Positions 11,483-21,521 of a stretch of DNA of 64,000 bases are shown piece by piece (positions within the stretch are counted from its first letter, which is position 1; the number at the start of each line of letters is the position of its first letter). The DNA is taken from NCBI GenBank assembly GCA_963745835.1, contig CAVUZH010000020.1, positions 1 through 64,000 on the forward strand. The letters run 5' to 3'. Under the pieces are notes generated by a model. It was not told where the DNA came from and did no database searches. It was given only the letters and a program-made list of their open reading frames with translations. The DNA is from an uncultured delta proteobacterium. GTDB lineage: Bacteria > Desulfobacterota > Binatia > UBA9968. A program made the translations under genes and the position numbers.

Positions 11483-12301
11483 TCACGGCGCATTGCTCGG
11501 ATCCCAGCAGGTTCGCAGGTTTTCATTAAAATTATCCAGCAGCCCCATGTCATCTCGGGAAATCTCGAAATCGAAAACATCGGCGTTTTCGAGAATACGT
11601 CGGCGATTGGATGATTTAGGAATCACCACTAAGCCGTGCTGCAAGGCCCAACGGATGAGAATTTGTGCGGTCGATTTGGTTTCATATCTTTTGGCGATTG
11701 CGACAAGCTTGGGATCTTTCAGCCGCTCTCCATGAGTCAACGGGCTATAAGCTTCGACGACAATCCCTTTGGCCCGGCAGAAAGCGAATAAATCTTGCTG
11801 ATACAAATAGGGGTGAAACTCCACCTGATTGACTGCAGGGACGGTTTCGCTCTCGGCGAGCAGCTCGCTCAAGTGCGCGATGGTGAAATTGCTGACGCCG
11901 ATGGAACGCGTCTTCCCCTTTTTCCGCAGCGCTTCGAGAGCGCGCCAACTTTGCCGCCGCTGCCGCACCGGAAAATGAATCAGGTACAGGTCTACATAAT
12001 CCATTTTGAGCTTGCGCAGGCTGGTGTCGAGCGCCCGTTCCGGATTACCGTGATCGCTGTTCCACAGTTTGGTGGTGAGGAATATGCTTTCCCGGGGAAT
12101 GCCGCTCATCCTGATGGCAGCGCCCACGCTCTCTTCATTGCCGTAGGCTGACGCGGTATCGATATGCCGATACTTCGCTTCCAGCGCCGCCAGCACCGCA
12201 TCGGACGTCCTGGCCGGGCTAATCTGCCATACGCCCAATCCGAGCTGAGGGATCAGATTATCGTCATTGAGTTTTAACTTCGTTTCGATAGTAAGTTCCA
12301 T
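11483..12301 (-). CDS. Aldo/keto reductase
   Basis: HIDTASAYGNE, TTKLWN, DLYLIHFP, IGVSNF, VIPKS. Confidence 0.93.
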   Translation of the reverse strand: MELTIETKLKLNDDNLIPQLGLGVWQISPARTSDAVLAALEAKYRHIDTASAYGNEESVGAAIRMSGIPRESIFLTTKLWNSDHGNPERALDTSLRKLKMDYVDLYLIHFPVRQRRQSWRALEALRKKGKTRSIGVSNFTIAHLSELLAESETVPAVNQVEFHPYLYQQDLFAFCRAKGIVVEAYSPLTHGERLKDPKLVAIAKRYETKSTAQILIRWALQHGLVVIPKSSNRRRILENADVFDFEISRDDMGLLDNFNENLRTCWDPSNAP

Positions 12302-12516
12302 AGAACTGACGATCCAAAGAAACTTTGCACGGCTAGCTGAGGTGATTTAAGAAACCAGCTATTTTGCGCGCAATCAGGTTACGGATTTGGACGCCCCTTT
12401 TGGGTATGAATCATTTCCTTGGACCTAATTTCTAACCTCGCTCACCCCCCATTCTTTGTTAATCACCAAAAGATCATTTTGTATAACAATACGAATTGCT
12501 CCTAACGAGAACAGCG

Positions 12517-14151
12517 CTATGGCTTGAACCCGACCACGAGGTGGGCCCGATGGGACTCCGGAAAGGGCTCTCCTTCGCACTTGACGGTGACGATGTACGT
12601 GCCCGCCGTTGGGATTGATTCGGGTGAGATAATCGCCTTGAGCTCGTCTTTGGACACGAAGCTCGTCGGTAGTGCCTCGCCGTTGAGCATGACTTGCTGG
12701 AATGGCCACATCCCGCCCGCACCACGCACCTTCAATACCGTCGGACCGGATCTCTCGGTGAGAAAAAGCGGCGCGATCTCGAGATCCAGCGGCAAACTCT
12801 GAAACGAATAGAATGACGGAATCGGATTCTTGTATCTCTTAAATCCGATATCGATCACCTTTCCATCCATGATTACCATCTTCACGTTCTGCGTCATCCA
12901 GATATCTTGCAGCGGATCCCCCTCGACAATGGACAGGTCGGCGACCTTGCCGGCCTCGACGCTGCCGTAGTCCTTGTCCTTGCCGAAAGTTCTCGCGACG
13001 TTAAGGCTGGCAGCTTGGATCGCTGTCATCGGCGGCACACCCGCTTCGACGTCCATCACCAGGGCCTGATGCATCAATAAAGCTGCCATGCCACGAGGTG
13101 GGTCCGAGCCTTCTTTCAGAATACCGCCCGCTTGGACGAAACGGCGGATGAACTCATTGGCTTTGTCATAACCGATCCTGGCGCGCTCGCGCTGCTCGGG
13201 CGTATAACGCTTGAGCAGCTTGTCATAGGAGTTATCGGTCACCGCTCGGACTGCGGCGGGAAGATCGGCTTCGGGGTCGTTCAAGATTTGATTTTCTCTT
13301 TCCCTGAAACGATGCGCGCTCGGCGACAGCGGTCGCAGCCATTTGGCAATCGTCGGAGTCCACGCGACCTGATGCTGCACCATCGCGCCGATCACCTCGT
13401 CGAAATTCTCGGTTTGGTAATAAGCGCCGGCAAGTTCCTGATCGATGACGCCGCCGAGCCGATCCTCGGCCAGCTTGCGCCTGGCCGGCACATAAGGGAT
13501 AGAGCTGTAACCCACGGACCAGATGTGCTCGATGGCGTCAACCCCCGCATCGCAGTAGCCGACCACATCCCAACTATGGGCGGCAACCGCCATGCCCAGC
13601 CGGTGAGCCTCCTCAACAGCGACTTTCACCAGGTCGAGAGAAAGAAATTCATTGACCTTGAGGATATCGCACCCTATTTCTTTTTTGCGCTGGACCGCGC
13701 GGCGCACTTCATCCGCCGTTGTGACGATGATGTTGTCACGAAAGGTTCTCGACCCGAAGGCATCGTGCCCGGTGCCAACGCCACCGATTGCCCGGCCTGA
13801 CATCCAGATTCGCGGCCCGCGAATTTTACCTAGATCGGTGCCCTGCTTTTGAGCGAGAGTCCATGGCCCATCCTGGTAAAGCTCGATATTGGCGCACGTG
13901 GTAATCCCGAGATGGAGGTATAGCTCTCCGTGGAAATCCTCCAGATGGCCGTGACCATCGATGAAGCCCGGCAGAACGGTTTTACCGTTGACGTCGATCA
14001 CCTGGGCACCCACTGGAACAGCGAGTTCGCCGCTCCTGCCTACCGCCGTGAATTTTCTTCCCTGAATAATGATCATCGAGTTGTCGATGGGCGGCCGACC
14101 GGTGCCATCGATCAATTTTCCGCCCCGCACAGCGAGTATTTCCTCTGCCAT
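12517..14151 (-). CDS. Amidohydrolase family protein with C-terminal Ig-like (IPT/TIG-like) extension
   Basis: VLPGFIDGHGH, GSVEAGKVADL; beta-rich tail of about 90 aa. Confidence 0.8.
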   Translation of the reverse strand: MAEEILAVRGGKLIDGTGRPPIDNSMIIIQGRKFTAVGRSGELAVPVGAQVIDVNGKTVLPGFIDGHGHLEDFHGELYLHLGITTCANIELYQDGPWTLAQKQGTDLGKIRGPRIWMSGRAIGGVGTGHDAFGSRTFRDNIIVTTADEVRRAVQRKKEIGCDILKVNEFLSLDLVKVAVEEAHRLGMAVAAHSWDVVGYCDAGVDAIEHIWSVGYSSIPYVPARRKLAEDRLGGVIDQELAGAYYQTENFDEVIGAMVQHQVAWTPTIAKWLRPLSPSAHRFRERENQILNDPEADLPAAVRAVTDNSYDKLLKRYTPEQRERARIGYDKANEFIRRFVQAGGILKEGSDPPRGMAALLMHQALVMDVEAGVPPMTAIQAASLNVARTFGKDKDYGSVEAGKVADLSIVEGDPLQDIWMTQNVKMVIMDGKVIDIGFKRYKNPIPSFYSFQSLPLDLEIAPLFLTERSGPTVLKVRGAGGMWPFQQVMLNGEALPTSFVSKDELKAIISPESIPTAGTYIVTVKCEGEPFPESHRAHLVVGFKP

Positions 14152-14561
14152 CTCTTTTCCTCCAAAATCCTGCTTAACAGGCCTTTACAACCGGTTCTTT
14201 GCTGACGAACTCGCAGCTCAATACACATTCTTCCATTCGTGCGTGAACTGAATCTCTAAGGACAACTATTGATGAACCGCTTTACTGTCAATGCAAATCT
14301 GTAAAGATTTGCGGCCGGAATGTAACGAGCAAATTAGCGCTGATCAATTTAATCCGCAGCGGACAAGTCGAAACGGCGCGCACAAGCGTCAAAGAAACAA
14401 CCATCGATTGCACGGAACCGAACCGTTGCAGGTTCGACATCCAATTCCGAGTCGTACCGACCGCTTGCGCGCTGCTGCAATCCGCATTAAAACAGCGCAC
14501 GGCGACGGCCGGCGTCTCAGCGCTGGATGTATCAAGCCAGACTTGAGGGAGGTTACGTACG

Positions 14562-15005
14562 ATGAAGCTCTACGTCCGATTTTACGCGATTGCGCTGCTG
14601 TTGTTTCGACCAATTGCCGTATTCGCAATCGACGAAAACCCCGCCGTGAAAGTTACCCAGCTTTTCAAGACAACCAGCAGCTGGGACGGCAAATCAATCG
14701 TTTATCCGGAAGGAGAGGCGGAGGTGACGGCGCTGCTCGTCGAGATTGCACCGGGAGAAAGCACCGGTTGGCACCAGCATCCTGTGCCATCATTCGCCTT
14801 CCTGCTCGAAGGAACGCTGGAAATTACTCTCACTGATGGGCGGGCAAAACGCATGGAGCCCGGAGACGCTTTGTCTGAAGTGACCGGAACGATGCACATT
14901 GGCCGAGCACTGAGCAAAACTCCTGTGAAAATCGTCGTCTTTTATGCCGGTTCAGTTGGCAAGGCATTGACAGTCAATCAGCCAAGCGAAAACACGCCAC
15001 AATGA
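14562..15005 (+). CDS. Cupin-domain protein, exported
   Basis: Signal peptide, GWHQHP...LEGTL, MHIG; GAGGAGG-like RBS. Confidence 0.8.
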   Translation: MKLYVRFYAIALLLFRPIAVFAIDENPAVKVTQLFKTTSSWDGKSIVYPEGEAEVTALLVEIAPGESTGWHQHPVPSFAFLLEGTLEITLTDGRAKRMEPGDALSEVTGTMHIGRALSKTPVKIVVFYAGSVGKALTVNQPSENTPQ

Positions 15006-15139
15006 TCCCCATGAGCAGCGCTTCTTAATTCAGCTCGGCAGCTTCAAGATCATATCGCCGGATGTAGCTGCTGCTCGAAATGATTGTGCAGCGGCCTTCC
15101 CGGAAGAAAATTTGAAAAAAAATCCGTGATTGAATCGAG

Positions 15140-15165
15140 AAATTATCCACAGCTGTGGATAATTT
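15140..15165. promoter_or_regulatory. Perfect 26-bp palindrome made of two consensus DnaA boxes
   Basis: AAATTATCCACAGCTGTGGATAATTT = TTATCCACA (15143-15151) + GC + TGTGGATAA (15154-15162); weaker box ACATCCACA at 15199. Confidence 0.6.
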
Positions 15166-15271
15166 TGGTTTTCCAGTGGCAACCTATCGTTAAGAGGAAC
15201 ATCCACAGAAATATGAACAGATGCAGTTCGCGCCGCAGCGAAAATTTTCGTTAATCGCGCGAATTTCTTGC

Positions 15272-15301
15272 TTGACAACTTCGCGTCTAAAAATTTACAG
15301 T
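15272..15301 (+). promoter_or_regulatory. Sigma70-type promoter of the ExeA-like gene
   Basis: TTGACA-N18-TACAGT in an AT-rich intergenic region. Confidence 0.55.
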
Positions 15302-15436
15302 CGCGCCTCAATCGCGCCACTATCAGCCATCGAGTTCTTTTAATTGCCAAGACTTTCTTGTTCGTCTTTCCGTTCCGACGAACGGAGAAAACGAAAGTTG
15401 TTGAACACAGACCGCCCTCATAAGGAGAGTACTTAA

Positions 15437-16714
15437 ATGAGTGAACTTCCCGGGCCACCAGAACACAAAGCAATGCTCCACAGCCATTTTGGTTTTCGCG
15501 AAATGCCGTTCGGAGTAACGCCCGATCCGCGATTTTTTTATGGCCACCCGCACTACCTTGAAGGCTTGGCCGCGCTGGTTCATGGAATCGAAGCTAAAAA
15601 AGGTTTCATGCTCGTCACCGGAGAAGTGGGAACGGGAAAAACGATTCTGCTGCGCAAGCTAATGCGCCATCTCGACGGCCGCGTCCAGTTCGTTTTTGTC
15701 TCCAACAGCCACTTGACGTCCTATGGGCTGACTGAGTTGATTGTGCAGAATCTGGCGATCAGCAACAAAGAAAAAAGCCGCTTGGAGATGCTTCAGGATC
15801 TAAATGACTATCTTATTCAGCAGCTGAGATCCGGTCGCACGATCGCTTTGCTGGTTGATGAAGCGCAAAAGCTTAGTGATGAAGCGCTCGAAGGGTTGTG
15901 CGATCTATCGAATCTGGAAACAGATGAGGAGAAATTGCTGCAGATCGTGCTCGTCGGACAACCGGAAGTCACGATTAAATTGAACAAGCCATCGCTGCGC
16001 CGCATCAAACAGAGAATCACCTTGCACCACCGTCTCTATTCGTTGCAGACGCCCGCAGAAGTGGATAATTACATTCGCCATCGCCTCGAGATCGTCGGCT
16101 ATTCGGGTCCTGAGATCTTCACCAGGGAAGCGGTTGAGGCGATCTGGCAATATTCCGGCGGAACGCCCCGATTGATCAACATCCTTTGCGATAACACACT
16201 CGCAATCGCTTGTTTGGCGGCTAGGAAAAAAGTCTCTGCTTACATGATCATGAAGGCCGCGGGTGGGCTGCTGTTGGAACCTGGTTTGGAAGCGTCAAGA
16301 GTTTCCGCCGATAGCGGATTTCTCAGGATGAAGACCGCGGCGGCCCGGAACAGCCCACGCCACTCTGAAGCAAACGGCAGCGAGATCACCGTCAAAAATA
16401 GAGCTCCAGCGCCGCCGATCCCGCTGCGTGAGTCGGACCGCGTTAAACTTTCCCGAATCGCCACTAAAGGACCGGCCGTTTCGCTGCAGTTTTTTGACCG
16501 CATGACCCGCGCAGCGACGGAAGCGATGGGGCCGATGGCAAATCGCATCGTCGTGGATCAGATTTCCGCGCTCGGCGAATCCCGCCAAGCATTTCCCCAG
16601 GGAAAGCTCGCCGAGCTCATATTGCGCGTCAGCGTAGAGATTCTGAACGAGAGCATGCGAGACAACTTCCAGAGGACCATGGTGCGGGAAATCGCCAGTC
16701 TCCAAACCATGTGA
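15437..16714 (+). CDS. ExeA/GspA-like AAA ATPase with extra C-terminal helical domain
   Basis: HFGFREMPFGVTPDPRF, Walker A GEVGTGKT, LLVDEAQ, QIVLVGQPE, SGGTPRLIN. Confidence 0.88.
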   Translation: MSELPGPPEHKAMLHSHFGFREMPFGVTPDPRFFYGHPHYLEGLAALVHGIEAKKGFMLVTGEVGTGKTILLRKLMRHLDGRVQFVFVSNSHLTSYGLTELIVQNLAISNKEKSRLEMLQDLNDYLIQQLRSGRTIALLVDEAQKLSDEALEGLCDLSNLETDEEKLLQIVLVGQPEVTIKLNKPSLRRIKQRITLHHRLYSLQTPAEVDNYIRHRLEIVGYSGPEIFTREAVEAIWQYSGGTPRLINILCDNTLAIACLAARKKVSAYMIMKAAGGLLLEPGLEASRVSADSGFLRMKTAAARNSPRHSEANGSEITVKNRAPAPPIPLRESDRVKLSRIATKGPAVSLQFFDRMTRAATEAMGPMANRIVVDQISALGESRQAFPQGKLAELILRVSVEILNESMRDNFQRTMVREIASLQTM

Positions 16715-16821
16715 AATTTATTTCGAAGTAACGGATGCATGGTCATCGCATCGCAGCGCGCGACATCGCGCCGTCGGGGTGCCAACTTACATTGATTAAT
16801 TTTTGCGGAAGGAAAAATTTA

Positions 16822-17118
16822 ATGTCAGAGAATCCTAAAAAGTCAGAAGAGCCGTTCGATCATCTGGTGCGCGCGCTACAGGAAGGCGAAGCGTGGAGGA
16901 TCAGTCAATGCATTCAAGATATCGATCACAGGCTTCTCGATTGTCGAAAGTCGCTGGAAGAATATAGCCGTCTCCGCTCAACTCTCCGCACTATCAACAA
17001 TAAGCTTTCGCGGCTAGGCGCCGAGCCGTTGAAGGTTGCTGACGAGTTAGCGACCCAGGATTTAAGCGAGATCATCAAAAGCCGGCTCGACCATTTCAAA
17101 TCCAGCGGTAAGATCTAG
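16822..17118 (+). CDS. Hypothetical helical/coiled-coil protein
   Basis: 98-aa ORF with AAGGA RBS, directly after the ATPase. Confidence 0.55.
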   Translation: MSENPKKSEEPFDHLVRALQEGEAWRISQCIQDIDHRLLDCRKSLEEYSRLRSTLRTINNKLSRLGAEPLKVADELATQDLSEIIKSRLDHFKSSGKI

Positions 17119-17183
17119 ACCGCCGGAAAAATTACCGACGCTTTAACGGTCGCTGGATCAAAGCCTATACGGGTTGCCGACCG

Positions 17184-18233
17184 TTACGCGCCTCGGATGC
17201 GGCGGTTGAAGCGGATGGAATCGAGAAAGGCGGCGATGATGAATCCTGCTCCGACCAGTCCCGTGACAGCTTCAGAAATATGTTCCACCGCGCTGATAAA
17301 CATCATCACTGCCAAGGCGATGATGGCATAGAATGCGCCGTGCTCCAGATAACGGTAAGATGTGAGCGTCCCGCGCTCCACTAACATGATCGTCAGGCTG
17401 CGGACGAACATCGCGCCGATGCCCAAGCCGATGGCAATGATAAAAAGATTGTTCGACAGCGCGAAGGCGCCGATCACGCCGTCAAAGCTGAAACTGGCAT
17501 CGAGCACTTCGAGGTAAAGGAACGACGCTGCGCCAGACTGCACCACTTCTCCAGTCAGTGTCGATTCAACCTTCAACAACGCCGAGATACCATCTACTGC
17601 AATGTAGGTGACCAGCCCGAAGATCCCCGCGGCCAGAAACTGGAACTGCTCGGAGCCGACGAGCTGGGTGGAAACGAAGTACATAAGGAGCAAAACAAGC
17701 CCTAGTTCCACCGCCTCGATGCGCCCGAGCCGCGTTAGAGGTCGCTCAATGACAGAGATCCAGTGCACGCTTTTTTCCCGGTTGGAAAAGTGTCGGAGTC
17801 CGACCATCGCCAGGAACGCGCCGCCAAAAGCCGAAACCGAGACATTCGCGCTGGTTAGCACCCGCGAATAGTTGTCCGGATCGGTGGCCGCGAGCACCAG
17901 CGCCGAAACCGGACCGATTCGCGCGATGATTGCAACAATAACCAATGGAAAAACGATGCGCATGCCAAAGACAGCGATGGCAATGCCCCAGGTGATGAAA
18001 CGGCGCCGCCAGAGTGGCGACATTTTCGTTAAGACGGCGGCATTAACGACCGCGTTGTCGAACGACAGCGATACTTCGAGAGTGGCGAGCACGGCAACGA
18101 TGAACATCGTCGACAGCGCACCGGTCCAGCTGTGATTGGTTCGCCAGCCAAGGTATGCCCCGAGGGCAAGTCCCCCGAGTGTGACCAAGAACGATTTGCG
18201 AAAGTAAATCAAGGTCGCTGTGCAATAGCGCAA
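17184..18233 (-). CDS. DUF475 family (TerC-related) membrane protein
   Basis: LEVSLSFDNAVVNA, YLEVLDASFSFDGVIGAFA, YRYLEHGA; start uncertain (TTG). Confidence 0.88.
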   Translation of the reverse strand: MRYCTATLIYFRKSFLVTLGGLALGAYLGWRTNHSWTGALSTMFIVAVLATLEVSLSFDNAVVNAAVLTKMSPLWRRRFITWGIAIAVFGMRIVFPLVIVAIIARIGPVSALVLAATDPDNYSRVLTSANVSVSAFGGAFLAMVGLRHFSNREKSVHWISVIERPLTRLGRIEAVELGLVLLLMYFVSTQLVGSEQFQFLAAGIFGLVTYIAVDGISALLKVESTLTGEVVQSGAASFLYLEVLDASFSFDGVIGAFALSNNLFIIAIGLGIGAMFVRSLTIMLVERGTLTSYRYLEHGAFYAIIALAVMMFISAVEHISEAVTGLVGAGFIIAAFLDSIRFNRRIRGA

Positions 18234-18441
18234 ACCGCGGAAACTTTCCAGTCCTTTTGGTACTTGGGAAGTTAGTGACCCAAGATTTGAACGAGATCAT
18301 CAGGAGCCGCATGGATCATTTCACATCCACCGGTAAGATTAGCCTACTGTCACGGCAGTTAGAATCCTGGGAGTTTTCGATCCTCGGTCAAACAGGGCGA
18401 AAGGAATAGCATTGAATTCTAACGGACCAGACGCCGCACTA

Positions 18442-19206
18442 TTAGATAATCCGCGCCACTCGTTTTCCCTGCATGATTTCGGTGTCGTGATTGGGAAAAG
18501 CCAGATCAGGCCGGGCCGCCGTGCTCAGGGCCCGTTCAAGCGCAACCACCGTATCAGCCAGATTGTGATACCAGCCGACCGGAACGTGATCGCGAATATT
18601 TTTTAACGTATAAGCGATATCGCCACAGAGCACGGCCTTACCGGCTGCTGTGTCGAGCGCTACCATCTGCGATCCTGGCGTGTGGCCACCGGCTTTGAGC
18701 AGCTCCAATCCAGGATAAAGCTCCACATCGCCTTCGATCAGTTCGATGCGACCTTCCTGTTGTAGCCTCTCCAGCGCGGGACGCACTTTTGGGCGAATCT
18801 GCTTGGCAAAAATTTCGTGACGCATGAGCGGCCCCGTCCAAAATTCCAACTCGGCACGCTGGATGACGAATTTAGCATCGGGAAAATAATCCAAACCGGT
18901 GAAATGGTCTTGGTGAAAATGGGTCACGACAACAGTCTCTATCTCGTCGGCTTTTATCCCAAGCTGCGCCAGCAACGCCGGCGGTTCAATAAAATTTTTT
19001 CCTTGAGCCCATTCTGGCGCGACATAATCAGGATGATATCCGGTATCTACGGCCACGGGGCCTTGAGGACCCTCGACCAACCAGAAAATATAAGCAACCG
19101 GTTTATCCCGTTCGAGATCACTGCGCACGCACGGCATAATCCCTGCACGCCACCAGTTTTCACTCATCCCGACCATCAACGCGTGAATTGAATGATTCGA
19201 TGTCAT
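18442..19206 (-). CDS. N-acyl homoserine lactonase-like metallo-beta-lactamase
   Basis: VDTG, THFHQDH, GHTPGSQ, GD, PNHD. Confidence 0.85.
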   Translation of the reverse strand: MTSNHSIHALMVGMSENWWRAGIMPCVRSDLERDKPVAYIFWLVEGPQGPVAVDTGYHPDYVAPEWAQGKNFIEPPALLAQLGIKADEIETVVVTHFHQDHFTGLDYFPDAKFVIQRAELEFWTGPLMRHEIFAKQIRPKVRPALERLQQEGRIELIEGDVELYPGLELLKAGGHTPGSQMVALDTAAGKAVLCGDIAYTLKNIRDHVPVGWYHNLADTVVALERALSTAARPDLAFPNHDTEIMQGKRVARII

Positions 19207-19730
19207 AAGAAGTACTTGATCTCTGGCAAAGTCAGTTGGCCAACATTACCTAGGCCTCAAGCAACTTCAGAAGCAGCCCCGGCTCGAGCAGACGGTTTTT
19301 AAACACCAGATTGTCTCCTAGCGCTTTTTGATATTGGTTGATTGAACTTCTAGCGCGGCGCTTGGGTAATCCTCCAACTAAAATCTTCGATCTGCAACCG
19401 AGCAATAACTTCCGGGGGAATACATGCCGAACTTAGCTCCCGGATTCTGCGGATAACGCAAAGTTGCAGGAAGGCTGATTGGCTTGATCAGGAATTCGCG
19501 TTCCGTCGAAGTAATGTGAAAGACTAGTGCGGACTACCTTGCATGCTACTTGCTCGGCCGGACTGTCCGGCTGATCGGCGGCCTGCGGTGATTGACACAG
19601 GCCGCGCAAATGAGTATTAAACCCCGAAGGAATGGCGAGCTGAGGGTCATATGGCCAGTCAATTCCGGAAGCGCGACACTTTAACGGGGGCTGAGTTCGA
19701 TTGTTTCGAAGAAGCGCAGCGGATTACTTC

Positions 19731-20414
19731 ATGCGAAAATTGTTTCTGGTCTTTCTTGTATTCGGCGCCCTTTTACTGCGCGCTAACGGGATTTGGGCCC
19801 AAACGTCGGCTCCGGCAACCCCAGCCGGTGCGGTATCGTTTGAAGAGAATATCGCCGCCTTCGCGGCGGCGGACCGGGAACAAGCCCCGCCGACAGGGGG
19901 AATTCTATTCGTCGGCAGTTCGTCGATCAGGCTGTGGAACGATCTCGAAAAGCAATTTGGGCCGTCCATCGTCAAGCGCGCTGTGGGCGGCTCCAAGATG
20001 TCCGATTGCACGCGGTACCTAGATCGATTGGTATTCCCTTACAAGCCGCGCCAGGTAGTGGTTTACGCCGGCGATAACGATTTGGCCGAAGGGATCCCAC
20101 CGGAGGACATCCTGATCAGCTTCAAGAAGTTTGTCGACGGGGTACAGAGAGAGCTCCCAACCACAAAGATATCCTATATTTCAATCAAGCCAAGTCCGGC
20201 CCGAGCCCGGCTCATTCCCAAGATCCGGGAGACCAACCATTTGATCCAAAAATACACCTCCGAGAATCAGAAGCTCGACTTCATCGAGGTGTTCACGGCG
20301 ATGCTCGATGCCGATGGACGTCCGCGCGCCGATCTCTTTCGCGCCGATGCGCTGCACCTGAACGAAGCCGGTTACACCCTATGGAGAACGATCATCGCGC
20401 AGCATGTGCGGTGA
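19731..20414 (+). CDS. SGNH/GDSL hydrolase, exported
   Basis: LFVGSSSIRLW, YAGDND, DALHLNEAGY; signal peptide from ATG 19731. Confidence 0.88.
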   Translation: MRKLFLVFLVFGALLLRANGIWAQTSAPATPAGAVSFEENIAAFAAADREQAPPTGGILFVGSSSIRLWNDLEKQFGPSIVKRAVGGSKMSDCTRYLDRLVFPYKPRQVVVYAGDNDLAEGIPPEDILISFKKFVDGVQRELPTTKISYISIKPSPARARLIPKIRETNHLIQKYTSENQKLDFIEVFTAMLDADGRPRADLFRADALHLNEAGYTLWRTIIAQHVR

Positions 20415-20520
20415 GCCTGACGGATTCATCCTTTTCCACGCTCTCGTCGCTCTCGGATTGAAACTCGCGTAAAGGTCTGTCACAGCGAACGATCCCGAGC
20501 CATCAGACACGAGTTCTCTT

Positions 20521-21318
20521 TCACGCTCGGACCGCGTTAGCGCCGCTGGGTGTGAGATGCAGGCAGCTCTGGAGTTCTTCGCTCGTCAGCGGTTCCTTGA
20601 ACATTTCATTGCGCATGTACACTCGTTGAAGGCTCACTGCACGCACGGCTTCTTTCATCCGCACGAGATCCTGTTTGCTCTGGACAGCCCGTGTCGCTTG
20701 GCTTGCCGCCTCCTTGTAATGGTTCTTTTCGTCCTGATAAATCACTTCCATCGCACTGGCGATCATTCTTTCGAGCCGGCCGCCCTTGAGCTTTTTCCCC
20801 TCGCGAAACATCCGGGCGCCGCCCCCTTCGGTAACGAGCACCGCGGCTTTATCCACAGGGGAGCCCGAAGTTACGAAACCTCTGCGTATATCACCGAGCC
20901 TTTTTTCCTGGGGCAGCTGAAAAGTATCTGCCGCTGAAACCGGATGGCCCAGCAGATATTCGAGAACGTCGGCCAAGAGCACGTAGTGATTGAACTCTTG
21001 CGTGAGCTGTTCGAGAAGCGAATGGTATCGGTGCCGATCGATGGTTTTGTCGATGTCGGGAAACCTTGCCGCCAAATCGTTCAGCTCCTTCTGCAGCCCG
21101 GTGAAATAACCGTCCACCGGATGCAGCTCCTTCCAGAGCTGCGCCTTGAGCCAGAAAATGTGATCCTCGCGCGTCGGCCGCTTCTTGAAAAATCGCCGGA
21201 CGATCGTAGCCTCAGCTTCCCAGTAGGGTAGCGCCGTCGCGATCAGATCTTGTGCGATATCTTTCATGTCTCGCTCTCTTGGCACGTGGTCGATGGGCGC
21301 CTCACGTATTTCAGTCAT
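20521..21318 (-). CDS. Hypothetical ferritin-like (diiron-carboxylate) protein
   Basis: Helical protein with paired ExxH motifs (EFNH, EKNH) and TEGGG. Confidence 0.55.
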   Translation of the reverse strand: MTEIREAPIDHVPRERDMKDIAQDLIATALPYWEAEATIVRRFFKKRPTREDHIFWLKAQLWKELHPVDGYFTGLQKELNDLAARFPDIDKTIDRHRYHSLLEQLTQEFNHYVLLADVLEYLLGHPVSAADTFQLPQEKRLGDIRRGFVTSGSPVDKAAVLVTEGGGARMFREGKKLKGGRLERMIASAMEVIYQDEKNHYKEAASQATRAVQSKQDLVRMKEAVRAVSLQRVYMRNEMFKEPLTSEELQSCLHLTPSGANAVRA

Positions 21319-21521
21319 GGAAATTTGGCGGTTCTATCCAAGCTCAAACTTCGAACTTTGAATATCGACGACCCCGAGATCGACCGGGCTGCCAATCAGA
21401 TAGCCGCCGCTCTGCGGAAGCTTGCTCTCCCGGCCGGCAACCTGATCACTGCCACCATAGTCTGTCGATCCCGCTCAGCTGGAAAACTCGCAGAGCCCAG
21501 AACCGGTCGCGGAGCATCGGA

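Noticed and set aside
15030-15430. Calling this region oriC
   Set aside because: Only two perfect boxes and one weak box, and no dnaA/dnaN/gidA context; kept only as a DnaA-box finding
19592-19690. TTGACA promoter-like site and possible structured leader upstream of the GDSL hydrolase
   Set aside because: The -10 match is weak, helices are short, and no riboswitch consensus was recognised
20849-20857. Another TTATCCACA box
   Set aside because: Single copy inside a CDS; compatible with chance
21340-21440. Plus-strand LNIDDPEIDRAANQIAAALRKL, resembling an aminotransferase C-terminus
   Set aside because: Too short to support a pseudogene call
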